From an uncultured Alphaproteobacteria bacterium (GTDB taxonomy: Bacteria; Pseudomonadota; Alphaproteobacteria; Rs-D84): a stretch of DNA of 64,000 nt. The stretch is taken from positions 8,315 through 72,314 of the forward strand of contig CALXXV010000011.1 of assembly GCA_944392775.1 (NCBI GenBank). The letters are read 5' to 3'. Position 1 is the first letter of the stretch; each line of letters opens with the position of its first letter. Below are positions 53,691-63,915 of the stretch, piece by piece. A program made the translations under genes and the position numbers. Below the pieces are notes generated by a model, which was given only the letters and a program-made list of their open reading frames with translations, did no database searches and was not told the origin of the DNA.

Positions 53691-53897
53691 GTGCAGACTC
53701 CTACACAAAACCACCGCATCTTATAAGATGCTTTGTTAAAAAGATTATTCATGAAAGCCCTTTGCGTTTGAAGACAAAGTTAAATATTTATATTCATTTT
53801 AATATTATCGCGGCATAATCGCAAGAAAAATAAAAACAATTGAAAACAGTAGGTTTCTTTGATAATCTAAATTTAATAATATATAAAGGATATATTT

Positions 53898-54857
53898 ATG
53901 GCTATAAAGGTTCGTGACTATGAAGTTCGTTTAACTCGTAATAAGGAAGAACGTCGACAGGTACGTCAATTACGTTATTCTGTTTTCGTTGAAGAAGAGG
54001 GGGCAGGGGTTACAGAAGAACAGAAAAATTTAAAAGAAGAGTATGATTCTTTTGATAGATTTGCTGAATATATGGCGGTATTTCATAATGGAAAAATTGT
54101 AGGTACTTACAGAATAATTGATAGAGATGCTGCTGAAAAAATGGGTGGTTTTTATACTGAATCTGAATTTAATATTTCTAAAATAAAACGTTTTTCTGGA
54201 AATATTGCTGAAATGTCGCGTGCATGCGTTGCTAAAGAATATCGTGAAAACGCTTTGGTTATGCGAATGTTATGGGCAGGACTAGGAGAATATGTGGTAC
54301 GTAGAAAAATAATGATATTATTTGGCGTAGCTTCTTGGGTTGGTATAAAGCCCGTAGAATCTGCGCAAGCTATATCTTATTTATATTATAATCATTTATC
54401 TCCTTTAAGCTTACGGGCAACTGTTTTATCGGAAAATTTTGCAGAAGGTGTAAACCCTAAATTGTCTAGGATGAACATATTACCAAAAGAATTTATTGAT
54501 GAAACAGATGCGCGTCATCAGATGACACCTTTGATAAAAGGGTATTTACGTTTGGGTGCAACTTTTGGTAAGGGTGTGTTTGTTGATAAAGCTTTTAATT
54601 CATATGATGTTTTTGTTATGTTACAAACAAAAAAGATAGATGCAGCTTATCAAAAACATTTCTTAGGTAAAGAAAATGCTTTAGAAGATTTTGATGTGAA
54701 AGACGGTACAATTAAAACATTGGGTAAAATAATGTTATTCCCTGTAACGGGATCTTTCAAAATTGTTCGTGCGTTTTTAGAGTTCTTATTACGAGAAGAT
54801 GCTGCTGATGCGGAATATATTGAAGACGCTAAAGATTCAGAAGATGGTGAAGAATAA
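53898..54857 (+). CDS. olsB: Ornithine-lipid N-acyltransferase OlsB-like (GNAT/hemolysin-like)
   Basis: N-terminal RLTRNKEERRQVRQLRYSVFVEEEGA and a later EMSRACVAKEYR segment match the OlsB pattern. Coupled (TAATG) to an acyltransferase gene. Confidence 0.75.
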   Translation: MAIKVRDYEVRLTRNKEERRQVRQLRYSVFVEEEGAGVTEEQKNLKEEYDSFDRFAEYMAVFHNGKIVGTYRIIDRDAAEKMGGFYTESEFNISKIKRFSGNIAEMSRACVAKEYRENALVMRMLWAGLGEYVVRRKIMILFGVASWVGIKPVESAQAISYLYYNHLSPLSLRATVLSENFAEGVNPKLSRMNILPKEFIDETDARHQMTPLIKGYLRLGATFGKGVFVDKAFNSYDVFVMLQTKKIDAAYQKHFLGKENALEDFDVKDGTIKTLGKIMLFPVTGSFKIVRAFLEFLLREDAADAEYIEDAKDSEDGEE

Positions 54858-55675
54858 TGTCTGGGGTTCGTAAGCAAAATTTTTTTAATACCACAGGTGC
54901 CGCAATAAAATTTGCAGCTTTTTGGATATTGGTTTTTTTGCAATTGCCTATTATATTTATATTACCACGTGGTCGTGCTTCTGTATGGTACATGAAAGTT
55001 TTTATGCGTTTCCTGTTAGTACTTGCCGGGATAAAAATAACGATACATGGTACATTGTCAAAACATAGACCGTTATTGGTAATTGCAAATCATATTTCTA
55101 TTTTTGAAATTGCAACATTCCCTGTTGCTTTCGGAGGTAGTTTTATTGCGAAAAAAGAAATGGAGTCTTGGCCGTTAGTTGGTTGGGTTGCGCGAAAGTT
55201 CGGTGTTGTTTTTGTAGATCGTCGTCCGTCGCATGCAAAAGATGCATTAAAACTGGTACAAGAAACAGTTTCGAAAGTCTGTTATCCGATGTTTTTGTTT
55301 CCAGAAGGTACAACAACAAATGGTTCTTATGTAAAGCCATTTAAAAGTACTTTATTTAATTTTGTTGAAAATTCGGATGTTGTTGTTCAGCCGATGGCTA
55401 TGCATTATCGGTTTCGTAACGGCACGCCCATCAGCGATGAAGATTTAGCAGAACATTTTGCATACTTTAATAATTCTAATCAAGATATGGGACCAAAGTG
55501 TTCACGTGAACGCAGTGCATTTGGTCAGGTCTTTCATATTATGGTTTTAGGTGGTTTTAGGGTAGAGATAACAGTTTTGCCCCCACCGCCGTTGGCGGGA
55601 ATGGATAGAAAGCAGATTGCGGAAACTCTGCACAAAATAGTTTCTGATAAATATATGGAATTAAAAGATAAATAA
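54857..55675 (+). CDS. olsA: Lyso-ornithine-lipid O-acyltransferase OlsA-like (PlsC family)
   Basis: NHISIFE (an HX4D-like variant), FPEGTTTNG and an N-terminal TM. Confidence 0.7.
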   Translation: MSGVRKQNFFNTTGAAIKFAAFWILVFLQLPIIFILPRGRASVWYMKVFMRFLLVLAGIKITIHGTLSKHRPLLVIANHISIFEIATFPVAFGGSFIAKKEMESWPLVGWVARKFGVVFVDRRPSHAKDALKLVQETVSKVCYPMFLFPEGTTTNGSYVKPFKSTLFNFVENSDVVVQPMAMHYRFRNGTPISDEDLAEHFAYFNNSNQDMGPKCSRERSAFGQVFHIMVLGGFRVEITVLPPPPLAGMDRKQIAETLHKIVSDKYMELKDK

Positions 55676-55699
55676 TTAAAAATAAAGAGAATTAAAATT

Positions 55700-57136
55700 A
55701 TGAAAACAGCAATAACACCGACGCGTGCGGAAAATTTTAGTGAGTGGTATCAAAATTTAATTGTTGCAGCAGATTTGGCTGAAAATTCACCTGTACGTGG
55801 TTGTATGACAATTAAACCTTATGGTTGGGCAATATGGGAACTTATGCGTGATGAAATGGATAAACGTATAAAGGCTTGCGGCGTTCAGAACGCTAACTTT
55901 CCTTTATTGATACCTATTGATTTCTTTAATAAAGAAGCAGAACATGTTGCAGGATTTGCAAAAGAATGTGCAGTTGTGACGCATCATCGTTTAAAAATGA
56001 TAGACGGCAAATTGCAGCCAGACCCAGATTCTAAATTGACAGAACCATATATTATTCGCCCGACTTCTGAAACTATAATAGGGGATGCGATGTCTCGTTG
56101 GGTACAAAGTCATCGCGATTTGCCATTGAAATTAAATCAGTGGGTGAATGTAATGCGCTGGGAAATGCGTCCAAGATTGTTCTTGCGTACATCTGAATTT
56201 AACTGGCAAGAAGGTCATAACGTTTTTGCAACACACGAAGAAGCAAATGCGGATGCGCGTAAAATGCACAAAATGTATGGGGATTATATGCGCGAAGTTT
56301 TGGCGATACCTTCTATTATGGGTGAAAAGACCCCAGAAGAACGTTTTGCAGGTGCAGACCATACATATACCTTGGAGCATATTATGCAAGACGGCAAGGC
56401 CTTGCAGGCTGGTACATCGCACGATTTAGGACAACATTTTTCTAAATCTTTTGGAATACAATTTTTGGGTACAGATGGTAAACTGCAACATGCATGGACG
56501 ACATCTTGGGGGACTACGACCAGGATGATGGGCAGTTTGTTCATGATACACTCTGATGATGACGGTTTGGTTTTACCGCCAGCAGTTGCACCTTATCAGA
56601 TTGTAATAATACCAATTGTTCGTGAAGAAAACGCAGACGTATTGAATTCTTTTGCTGAAAAAGTAGGTCAGCAATTGCAAGATAATGGAATCAGAGTGCT
56701 GGTTGATTCTTCTGATATGCGTGCACCAGATAAGATGTGGAAATGGATTAAACGCGGCGTGCCATTACGTGTTGAAATCGGGGCGCGTGAAATGGAATCT
56801 GATTCCGTAACGATAACTCGTCGTGATTTAGGTAAGGATTCTAAACGTACAATTTCTGTTGCTGATTTGATAAAAGAAGCGAAAGATATTCTAAATCAGA
56901 TACAGGTTGATATGTATAATGCGGCAGAAGCGCGCAATAAGAAAATGATAAAAGATGTTGCGGATTTAGCAGCATTAGAATCTGCCCTAGAAAACGGTGA
57001 AATAGGTTTCTTCCGTATAAAGTATGACCAGACTACAAATGAAGAGTTTGAGGCTTTGATAGAGAAATATAAAATATCTCGTCGATGCTTAGACGACAAA
57101 GATCCGACTTATGTATTTGTAGCAAAGTCATATTAA
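55700..57136 (+). CDS. proS: Prolyl-tRNA synthetase (archaeal/eukaryote-like short type)
   Basis: 478 aa. Class II motifs (RWEMRPRLFLRTSEFNWQEGH, GTSHDLG). No INS editing domain. C-terminal Zn-binding-domain-like tail. Confidence 0.93.
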   Translation: MKTAITPTRAENFSEWYQNLIVAADLAENSPVRGCMTIKPYGWAIWELMRDEMDKRIKACGVQNANFPLLIPIDFFNKEAEHVAGFAKECAVVTHHRLKMIDGKLQPDPDSKLTEPYIIRPTSETIIGDAMSRWVQSHRDLPLKLNQWVNVMRWEMRPRLFLRTSEFNWQEGHNVFATHEEANADARKMHKMYGDYMREVLAIPSIMGEKTPEERFAGADHTYTLEHIMQDGKALQAGTSHDLGQHFSKSFGIQFLGTDGKLQHAWTTSWGTTTRMMGSLFMIHSDDDGLVLPPAVAPYQIVIIPIVREENADVLNSFAEKVGQQLQDNGIRVLVDSSDMRAPDKMWKWIKRGVPLRVEIGAREMESDSVTITRRDLGKDSKRTISVADLIKEAKDILNQIQVDMYNAAEARNKKMIKDVADLAALESALENGEIGFFRIKYDQTTNEEFEALIEKYKISRRCLDDKDPTYVFVAKSY

Positions 57137-57137
57137 G

Positions 57138-57163
57138 AACTGGGGCGTGTCCCCAGTTTTTTT
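57138..57163 (+). terminator. Rho-independent terminator after proS
   Basis: AACTGGGG-CGTGT-CCCCAGTT followed by T7. Confidence 0.7.
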
Positions 57164-57260
57164 ATTTAAACAGCTATGAAATAAATCCTATAGATTTTGT
57201 TTTTCTGTTTTTTATAATACTATATATATTTTTAGGAAATAATTCTATGAGTGATAAAAA

Positions 57261-57515
57261 ATGAAAAAAGAAAATATACCAGAAGAAATGATTGTAAAAC
57301 CAGGTGAAGAAGATTTTTATGTTCGTCTTGGTTATAAATTACGTTCTGCGCGCAGTAAACTAGGCTTAAGTGCGGAAGAAATCGCAAAACATATAGGGAT
57401 AACAACGGATTTATTAGATAAATATGAAAAGGGTATTTTGGCAATACCTGTTTATCACTTTATACCAATATTACAATTTATGGGTTTCCCTGAAGAATTA
57501 GAAAATTTAAAATAA
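57261..57515 (+). CDS. XRE-family helix-turn-helix protein (84 aa)
   Basis: LGYKLRSARSKLGLSAEEIAKHIGITTDLLDKYEKG is a classical HTH_3 pattern. Confidence 0.6.
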   Translation: MKKENIPEEMIVKPGEEDFYVRLGYKLRSARSKLGLSAEEIAKHIGITTDLLDKYEKGILAIPVYHFIPILQFMGFPEELENLK

Positions 57516-57578
57516 TTCAAAAAATTTTTGTTGAATTATGATATACTGATAACCGATTAATGTAGGGGGAATATTTTA

Positions 57579-58514
57579 ATGAAAATAGCAATAATTGGTA
57601 TAGGCACAGTAGGTTCGGCTGTTGCAACGGCAGTAAAAAATACGGGCTTTGTTCATGAAATAGTTTTGTTTGATAAAGATGCGGTTCGTGCACGCGCTGC
57701 CGCAGAGGATTTAGGACACGCTGCAAGTTTTGCTTTTGATGTAAAAATAAATGCGGTTAGTAATTATCGTGGAATTAGGGGTAGTGATATAGTTATTATT
57801 TCAGCTGGGGCAAATCAAAAACTTGGTGAAACACGTACGGATTTATTAAATAAAAATGTTGAGGTTATAAAAGATGTCGTGCCACGAGTTATGGCAAATG
57901 TTGACGCCAAAAAAGTAAAAATAATAGTTGTAACTAATCCTTTAGACGTTTTGGTAATGTTAACACAAAAAATATCTAAATTACCTGTCGGAAGAGTAAT
58001 TGGTACAGGTACAATGTTAGATTCTGCAAGGCTTCGCACAATCTTATCAAGACATTTATCTGTTTCTACGCAATCTATATGTGCAAATGTGCTTGGAGAG
58101 CATGGTGATAGCAGCGTTATTGATTGGAATTCAATTTTTATAGGTGGAATAAAACTAGACGATTTTTGTCGTCAAACAAAGATTTCTTTACCTATCACTA
58201 CACGTAATACGATAAGCCATCGCGTTCATAATGCTGCGTATGAAATTATTAAAGGGCGTGGAGCTACTTGGGACGGGATAGGTGCTGCCGTTTCAGATTT
58301 ATTGCGTTGTATAATAAACGATGAAAAAAGGGTCCTTACGGTAAGTTGCGCTTCTGGAACAGGAAATAAGTTTATTGCTTTATCTTTACCCAGAATTATC
58401 GGTGCAGATGGAGTTTTGAATACTTTGACACCTAAATTAAATTCGATGGATTCTACATTGTTGCGAAAAAGTGTAAAAATTATAAGAAAGAATTTTGATT
58501 CAATAGGGAAATAA
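57579..58514 (+). CDS. ldh: L-lactate dehydrogenase (LDH/MDH family)
   Basis: Motifs KIAIIGIGTVGSAVA, GANQKLGETR (Gln at the LDH specificity position) and LGEHGDS. Confidence 0.85.
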   Translation: MKIAIIGIGTVGSAVATAVKNTGFVHEIVLFDKDAVRARAAAEDLGHAASFAFDVKINAVSNYRGIRGSDIVIISAGANQKLGETRTDLLNKNVEVIKDVVPRVMANVDAKKVKIIVVTNPLDVLVMLTQKISKLPVGRVIGTGTMLDSARLRTILSRHLSVSTQSICANVLGEHGDSSVIDWNSIFIGGIKLDDFCRQTKISLPITTRNTISHRVHNAAYEIIKGRGATWDGIGAAVSDLLRCIINDEKRVLTVSCASGTGNKFIALSLPRIIGADGVLNTLTPKLNSMDSTLLRKSVKIIRKNFDSIGK

Positions 58515-58540
58515 AAATGGGCAGAAATGCCCATTTTTTT
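58514..58540 (+). terminator. Rho-independent terminator after ldh
   Basis: AAAATGGGC-AGAAA-TGCCCATTTTTTT. Confidence 0.7.
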
Positions 58541-58604
58541 GACAACAATCATATTTATATCTGATATTTGTATGTGTTATAATTTATTTAAGGGGGCTTT
58601 AGCC

Positions 58605-58904
58605 ATGTCAAATAATATAACATACGATATATTCCCGGATGGGTTGGGGTTCTATGCAAATTGTGATGGACAACATGTCGGAGAAATTACGTTTGTTCGT
58701 GTCGGTATAGATAAATTAATAATAGATCATACAGGAGTTACAGAAAAATATAGAAATGAACATGTGGGGTTGAATTTAGTGCGTCATGTTGTAGATTTGG
58801 CAAGAAATCAGAACAGAAAAATAATTACTATGTGTCCTTTTGCTAAAGCAATGTTCAGTCGTTATTCTGAATTTGATGACGTTCGTTTTTTGCATGTAAG
58901 ATAA
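58605..58904 (+). CDS. Small GNAT-like acetyltransferase (YjdJ type)
   Basis: AAGGGGG Shine-Dalgarno plus ATG at 58605. LIIDHTGVTEKYRNEHVGLNLV and MCPFAKAMF match the YjdJ-type pattern. Confidence 0.65.
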   Translation: MSNNITYDIFPDGLGFYANCDGQHVGEITFVRVGIDKLIIDHTGVTEKYRNEHVGLNLVRHVVDLARNQNRKIITMCPFAKAMFSRYSEFDDVRFLHVR

Positions 58905-58969
58905 ATTTTTTCTTTTGTTGAAGCATTTTTGTTTTTTTATTAGCATTACGATCAATAGGGGGATTTCTG

Positions 58970-60358
58970 ATGAATCGTAAAATGCGAAATTGGTTAATTT
59001 TTCTGATCTTTTTAAACGGATATGTTAGTTTATCTTTGGAACTTGTAGTTTTAAGACAGCTTGCTTTTTATGTGGGATCAAGTGCAGTAATTACTAGCAT
59101 AATAATGGGATGTTTTTTAGGCTTTATGTCATTAGGATATTTCCTTGGGGCAAGTGAAAAAATAAAAAACGCAAAAATAAAAAATATATTGTGTATAAGT
59201 TTTTTAATAATTGCCTTTTTAGCGTTTGCCGCGTCTAGTTTTCCTTTAATTACAGAATATTTTTCATGGCTTTATAGTAATGGTATAAAATCAAGCGTTC
59301 TACAAACTTTTGTTTATTCGTTAGTATTTTTATCGGTTGGTCCGTTTTTATTCGGGTTTAATACGACTTTATTATCTAGATGGTTGCATAAGTATAATAC
59401 GAATTATACGGGGTGTATAATGGCGTGGGATACAATAGGTTCTGTTATGGGTTCTTTGCTGACAACATTGATATTAATGCCGTTCATTGGAGTAAATTAT
59501 ACGGTTATATTAATCGTTTTTTTATCTATATTTGCAGCACTCGTTATAAAAAGGGGGTATTGGGTAGTTTGTGCTGGTTTAGTAATATTTATTTTAACTG
59601 TGCTGATAAACAATAATATGGTTCAACGTGAAAAATATGGGATTTTAGTAAATAATGCTAATTCTACGATTTCTGTTGATAAATTTGGTGATACAAAAAT
59701 TTTAAATATGAATGGTTTGCCGATGTCTGTATATAATGAACGTACAGGTTCTGGTGCAGAATATATAAATTATATAAATAATAATTTTATATATAAAATG
59801 CCTAAAGATAAAAAATATAAAATTTTAGTTTTAGGAGCAGGTGGTTTTACGGTAGGGTTGAAAGATTCTTTTAACGATTATACTTTTGTTGATATAGAAA
59901 GTTCTTTAAAAGATATATCCGAAAAATATTTTTTAAAACAAAATTTAACGACTAATAAAAAGTTTTTAATTCAGGATGCAAGTCAATTTTTAAAAAATAC
60001 GACAGAATTATATGACTTGATATTATTGGATGTTTATTCTAATTCTTATCAAATTCCAGAAGGTTTGATAACTATTGAGTTTATGGAAAGATTAAAGTCA
60101 AGAATTGCATCAGATGGTATAATTATAATGAATATGATAGTAAGTCAAAGTTTTAAAGATAATTATTCCAAGGTTTTTGATAACACTTTTCATAAGGCGT
60201 TTCCATATAATACGCAACGTCAAGTAATCGGTTTTAATAATCCTTGGTTTGGAGATGATTTAGCAAATGTTCTATATGTTTTTTATAACAGGAAAAATGA
60301 CGGCAGAATTTATACTATAAATAAAACACCTGTTATATATGATATGTATGAAAAATAA
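58970..60358 (+). CDS. Membrane-fused spermidine-synthase-like protein (polytopic N-terminus plus SAM-MTase-fold C-terminus)
   Basis: About 7 TMs, then ILVLGAGGFTVG and DLILLDVYS motifs. Confidence 0.65.
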   Translation: MNRKMRNWLIFLIFLNGYVSLSLELVVLRQLAFYVGSSAVITSIIMGCFLGFMSLGYFLGASEKIKNAKIKNILCISFLIIAFLAFAASSFPLITEYFSWLYSNGIKSSVLQTFVYSLVFLSVGPFLFGFNTTLLSRWLHKYNTNYTGCIMAWDTIGSVMGSLLTTLILMPFIGVNYTVILIVFLSIFAALVIKRGYWVVCAGLVIFILTVLINNNMVQREKYGILVNNANSTISVDKFGDTKILNMNGLPMSVYNERTGSGAEYINYINNNFIYKMPKDKKYKILVLGAGGFTVGLKDSFNDYTFVDIESSLKDISEKYFLKQNLTTNKKFLIQDASQFLKNTTELYDLILLDVYSNSYQIPEGLITIEFMERLKSRIASDGIIIMNMIVSQSFKDNYSKVFDNTFHKAFPYNTQRQVIGFNNPWFGDDLANVLYVFYNRKNDGRIYTINKTPVIYDMYEK

Positions 60359-60382
60359 AAAATGGGGAAAACCCCATTTTTT
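60357..60382. terminator. Bidirectional terminator
   Basis: AAAATGGGG-AAAA-CCCCATTTT. Confidence 0.7.
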
Positions 60383-60968
60383 ATTTTTCTAAATTTTCTT
60401 TTATAAAATTCCAGTTTATAATATTTTTTAAAACGGAATCGATAAAATCTGTGCGCCGATTTTGGTAATCTAAATAATAAGCGTGTTCCCAGACATCAAT
60501 CGTCATAACGGGTTTTAAATTGTGTGCTATTGGAGTGTCTGCGTTTGCAGTACTTATAATTTTTAGTTCATTATTTGAATCACGTATAAGCCATGCCCAA
60601 CCACTGCCAAAAACTGATGCTGCAACAGATTTAAATTGTTCAAAAAAATTATCTGCATTTCCAAATGAATTTATTATTTCTTCTGGCATAGTTGTTTTTT
60701 CTTTTGATAAACAGTTAAAAAAGAAACTGTGATTGTATACTTGTGCCGCATTATTAAATATCTTTTTTGCAGATTCATCGTTTGCAGATTTAATGATGAT
60801 TTCATTTAAGGATAAATCTGCATATTTTGTACCTTCTGATAAGTCGTTTAAATTTTTTATATATGTGGCTAAATGCTTTCCATGATGAAAATTAATGGTT
60901 CGTTCAGACATATATGGTTCTAAGTCTTTTGTAGAAAAAGGTAATGGGAATTGGTTTAATGAATACAT
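60381..60968 (-). CDS. sodB: Fe/Mn superoxide dismutase
   Basis: Motifs FHHGKH and DVWEHAYYLDYQNRR. Confidence 0.93.
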   Translation of the reverse strand: MYSLNQFPLPFSTKDLEPYMSERTINFHHGKHLATYIKNLNDLSEGTKYADLSLNEIIIKSANDESAKKIFNNAAQVYNHSFFFNCLSKEKTTMPEEIINSFGNADNFFEQFKSVAASVFGSGWAWLIRDSNNELKIISTANADTPIAHNLKPVMTIDVWEHAYYLDYQNRRTDFIDSVLKNIINWNFIKENLEK

Positions 60969-61102
60969 AATAAAATCTCCTTTTTATCATTTTGTATGCG
61001 TTTATAAAAAAAAACAACAGGATTTTTTGCAAATAATTTTATAAAAATGGCTTGCATGGATGGGCTCAGGTTTTTATAATCCGAACAAGAAAAGGAGTTT
61101 TT

Positions 61103-61681
61103 ATGAAAAAGAAGTTTTTTTTAGCTATGCTTTTAGGAGTGTTTTTTATGGGAACCGCTTCCGCGGCTGATATAACTATATATTATTCACCATATTGTCC
61201 GCATTGTCATCATGCACAGGAATTTTTTTCAAATAAAATGATATATGAATATCCGAAATTACGTGTTGTTCAAGTAAATGTTATGGAAGAACAGAATTTG
61301 CCGGTTTTTCAAGAAGCTTTGTCAAAATGTAAGTATGATAATGGCGGAGTTCCTGTGATAGTTGTTGGAGATAAATGTTTCCAAGGATATGCTGATTTTA
61401 TGGAACAAGAATTGCGCGATGCAGTAGAAGTTGATTTATCTAATAGCGATAAAGAAACTGCTGCAGAAAACAAAAAGGCTCTTGAAGCGGATCCTGATGT
61501 ATTTAAATCCAAACATGCGGATCGTAAAAATGCTATAAAAGAATACGTTCCGAATGCTCAGGAAGAAAAAATCGAAAAAAAAAATAGTGGCGATACATCA
61601 TCTATCTATTTTTATGTATTGTTGATTGCATTAGTTGCAATATTAGGTTTCGTTTTGATAAGAAAAGATAAAAAGAAATAA
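61103..61681 (+). CDS. Exported thioredoxin/glutaredoxin-fold protein (CPHC) with C-terminal TM anchor
   Basis: AAGGAG Shine-Dalgarno sequence, signal peptide (GTASA), YYSPYCPHCHH, VPVIVVG, and a C-terminal hydrophobic helix followed by RKDKKK. Confidence 0.6.
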   Translation: MKKKFFLAMLLGVFFMGTASAADITIYYSPYCPHCHHAQEFFSNKMIYEYPKLRVVQVNVMEEQNLPVFQEALSKCKYDNGGVPVIVVGDKCFQGYADFMEQELRDAVEVDLSNSDKETAAENKKALEADPDVFKSKHADRKNAIKEYVPNAQEEKIEKKNSGDTSSIYFYVLLIALVAILGFVLIRKDKKK

Positions 61682-61703
61682 TTATCAATTATTGGATTAA
61701 GTA

Positions 61704-62501
61704 ATGTTTGATTTAACAACACTTGATTATATCTTTATAGGCGTTTTATTTGCGTCTACTATTTGGGCTAGTATAAGAGGTGGGGTATATGAAACAGTTG
61801 CTACTTTATCATGGGTAGTAGCTGCAATTGCAGCTAGGTTTGCCTCTCCTCTTTTAGATAAGTTGCTTCAAAATTTTTTTGACTTATCAGATTCGACTGT
61901 TGGTACGTTAGTTGCATCTTATTTTATTGTATTTTTCGTAATTTTAATGTTAGTCGGTTTCTTTAATCAGAAATTACGTGACAAGATTCAGAATAGTATG
62001 ATGAAAGTAACTGATAGAACATTGGGGATTTTATTCGGTATTGTTCGTGGTGTTGTTGTAATGGGAATCGCGTATTGGATTGCTCTATGGTATTATTCTG
62101 ATTCTACTGTTTTGCCAAAATGGGTTGCAGATGCCAAACTGCGTCCGATAATGAGGGTTACTGCGTTGAAATTGGATGAATGGTTTATTCCTGGTGATGT
62201 GAATAAACTGTTGCAGCGTGATGTGGCCGCTGCTAACGAATCGATAGAATTATATAAAAATTTGATAAACCCAAGCGTTGTTGATAAAGGTAAAGTAAAT
62301 TCTGCGCCTGCTAAGGTTACAAATGCCGGACAACCAAGTGAAGAAAAAGTTGATGAGGTAACCGATGAAACAGGTTATAAATCTTCCGAAAGAACGGCTT
62401 TAGAGAACCAGTTGTTACAAATAGAAAATGCCGCAAGGGCCGAAGAAGAAAGAAATTTAGAACAACAAGAACAGAATTTAGAGACAGATATTTTAATGTA
62501 A
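61704..62501 (+). CDS. cvpA: CvpA-family membrane protein with extended acidic C-terminal tail
   Basis: N-terminal LDYIFIGVLFASTIWASIRGG and a 4-TM layout typical of CvpA. Confidence 0.75.
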   Translation: MFDLTTLDYIFIGVLFASTIWASIRGGVYETVATLSWVVAAIAARFASPLLDKLLQNFFDLSDSTVGTLVASYFIVFFVILMLVGFFNQKLRDKIQNSMMKVTDRTLGILFGIVRGVVVMGIAYWIALWYYSDSTVLPKWVADAKLRPIMRVTALKLDEWFIPGDVNKLLQRDVAAANESIELYKNLINPSVVDKGKVNSAPAKVTNAGQPSEEKVDEVTDETGYKSSERTALENQLLQIENAARAEEERNLEQQEQNLETDILM

Positions 62502-62504
62502 AAG

Positions 62505-62526
62505 TTGCCCCGAAAGGGGCTTTTTA
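62505..62526 (+). terminator. Rho-independent terminator
   Basis: GCCCC-GAAA-GGGGC followed by T5. Confidence 0.7.
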
Positions 62527-62598
62527 TAGGTTTTCGTTCTTAGTGAAATTTACTTAGATTTCTTTGAAAATATATTCTGTAGGATTACAGGATATAAA

Positions 62599-63354
62599 AT
62601 GAAAAAAAGTTTTTTTATATTTGGATTTGCTTTGGCCATGTCTTTCCCTGCGTATGCAGATAGCGCAGTAAAGGGGGTAAACCCAGCAGATAATGTTACT
62701 AAGATGGAATTACTTCCAAGTTTAAATGTTATGGATATAGAAGGGAAACCTTCTGTTACGACCTTAGGATTAAAATATGATAAAGAATTATATAAGGTTT
62801 TCGGTATAAATTTTGAGTTACCTCTTAGCCATTTTTCTGGTTTTGGTATTTCTGATGCTGGTATCGGGGATTTAAGAGTGCGCGGTCGTGGTCAGTATAG
62901 ATTTGGACGTAATGTGATAATAGGCGCGACTGAATTTGTATTTCCTACGGCTACATCTGATACATTGGGAACGCGTCAATATACTTTTGATCCAACTTTG
63001 GCATATGTTTACGCTTTTAGTGCAAATTTCTTTACTGCCTTGGTTGGTAAGCAGTTTATATCTTTGTATAATTTGGATAAAGATAAATATCAAGATACTA
63101 ATCAGACCCAGGTTCGTATGTTGATCGGATATTTGTCTAATAATGGTTGGTGGGCTGCGTTGGATCCGCAGGTTTGGATAAATAACGAAGACGGTCGAAC
63201 AGAATATTTAGTGGAAGGTGAAATTGGGACAATGTTAAATAGAACAACGGGTATTTGGACGAGAATAGGAAAAAGACTTGGCGGTGATTGGCATAGAAAC
63301 GATTGGTCTGTTCTTTTAGGAATAAGATTTATTCCAGGAAATAAAGATTTATAA
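62599..63354 (+). CDS. Small outer-membrane beta-barrel protein (MetA-pathway/transporter-like family)
   Basis: Signal peptide (SFPAYA), AGIGDL motif and alternating strands. Confidence 0.5.
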   Translation: MKKSFFIFGFALAMSFPAYADSAVKGVNPADNVTKMELLPSLNVMDIEGKPSVTTLGLKYDKELYKVFGINFELPLSHFSGFGISDAGIGDLRVRGRGQYRFGRNVIIGATEFVFPTATSDTLGTRQYTFDPTLAYVYAFSANFFTALVGKQFISLYNLDKDKYQDTNQTQVRMLIGYLSNNGWWAALDPQVWINNEDGRTEYLVEGEIGTMLNRTTGIWTRIGKRLGGDWHRNDWSVLLGIRFIPGNKDL

Positions 63355-63370
63355 AAAAAGGGGGAAAAAG

Positions 63371-63844
63371 ATGTTTTTAAAAATGAAACTTTGTGCCACT
63401 ATATTTTCTATATATGAAATATTTGCAGTATTGTTTCTACATTCAAAAAGCTCTTGTAATAGTATTTTTACAGCAAATTTTTGTTCAGATGGAGTAGAAA
63501 AATATTTTATTTTTTGTGTCGCCTTGCCGATTTTGGTTGGTTTGATAATAATGTGGATAGGAGAAATAAGAAAATACATACGACATCGTCATTCATTTTT
63601 TTACCGCGCAAAAAGTACTGTAAAAGATTTTGCATCAGAGATTAAAGATAAAATCTTTGAAAGAGTTTCTCCACAGTATCTAGAAAGATTGATAGCGGCA
63701 TTTTTAATAATAGGTGTAAAGCGTTATGCAGATAAAAACCCAAAAGCCAGAGAAGTTTTAAAAGATATAATTGGTATGGATATATTTGAAGAAGAGCAAG
63801 AAACGGAAGCCGGGAAAATTTCAAAAAAGAAAGGGAAAAAATGA
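63371..63844 (+). CDS. Hypothetical membrane protein with Lys/Glu-rich tail
   Basis: GGGGAAAAAG Shine-Dalgarno sequence, two or three hydrophobic segments, no recognisable family. Confidence 0.4.
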   Translation: MFLKMKLCATIFSIYEIFAVLFLHSKSSCNSIFTANFCSDGVEKYFIFCVALPILVGLIIMWIGEIRKYIRHRHSFFYRAKSTVKDFASEIKDKIFERVSPQYLERLIAAFLIIGVKRYADKNPKAREVLKDIIGMDIFEEEQETEAGKISKKKGKK

Positions 63845-63847
63845 AAT

Positions 63848-63877
63848 AAAATGGGCATAAAGCCCATTTTATTTTTT
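63848..63877 (+). terminator. Rho-independent terminator
   Basis: AAATGGGC-ATAAA-GCCCATTT followed by a T-run. Confidence 0.7.
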
Positions 63878-63915
63878 ACAAAAAAAACGCAAGTTACTAA
63901 AACTTGCGAAAATTC

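Noticed and set aside
61575-61584. A10 homopolymer inside the thioredoxin-fold protein CDS, just upstream of its C-terminal TM anchor. A +1/-1 slip would produce an anchorless form.
   Set aside because: A8-A10 runs from Lys codons are frequent in this genome (for example A9 in the first codons of plsX), so the tract is not distinctive. There is no evidence of variation.
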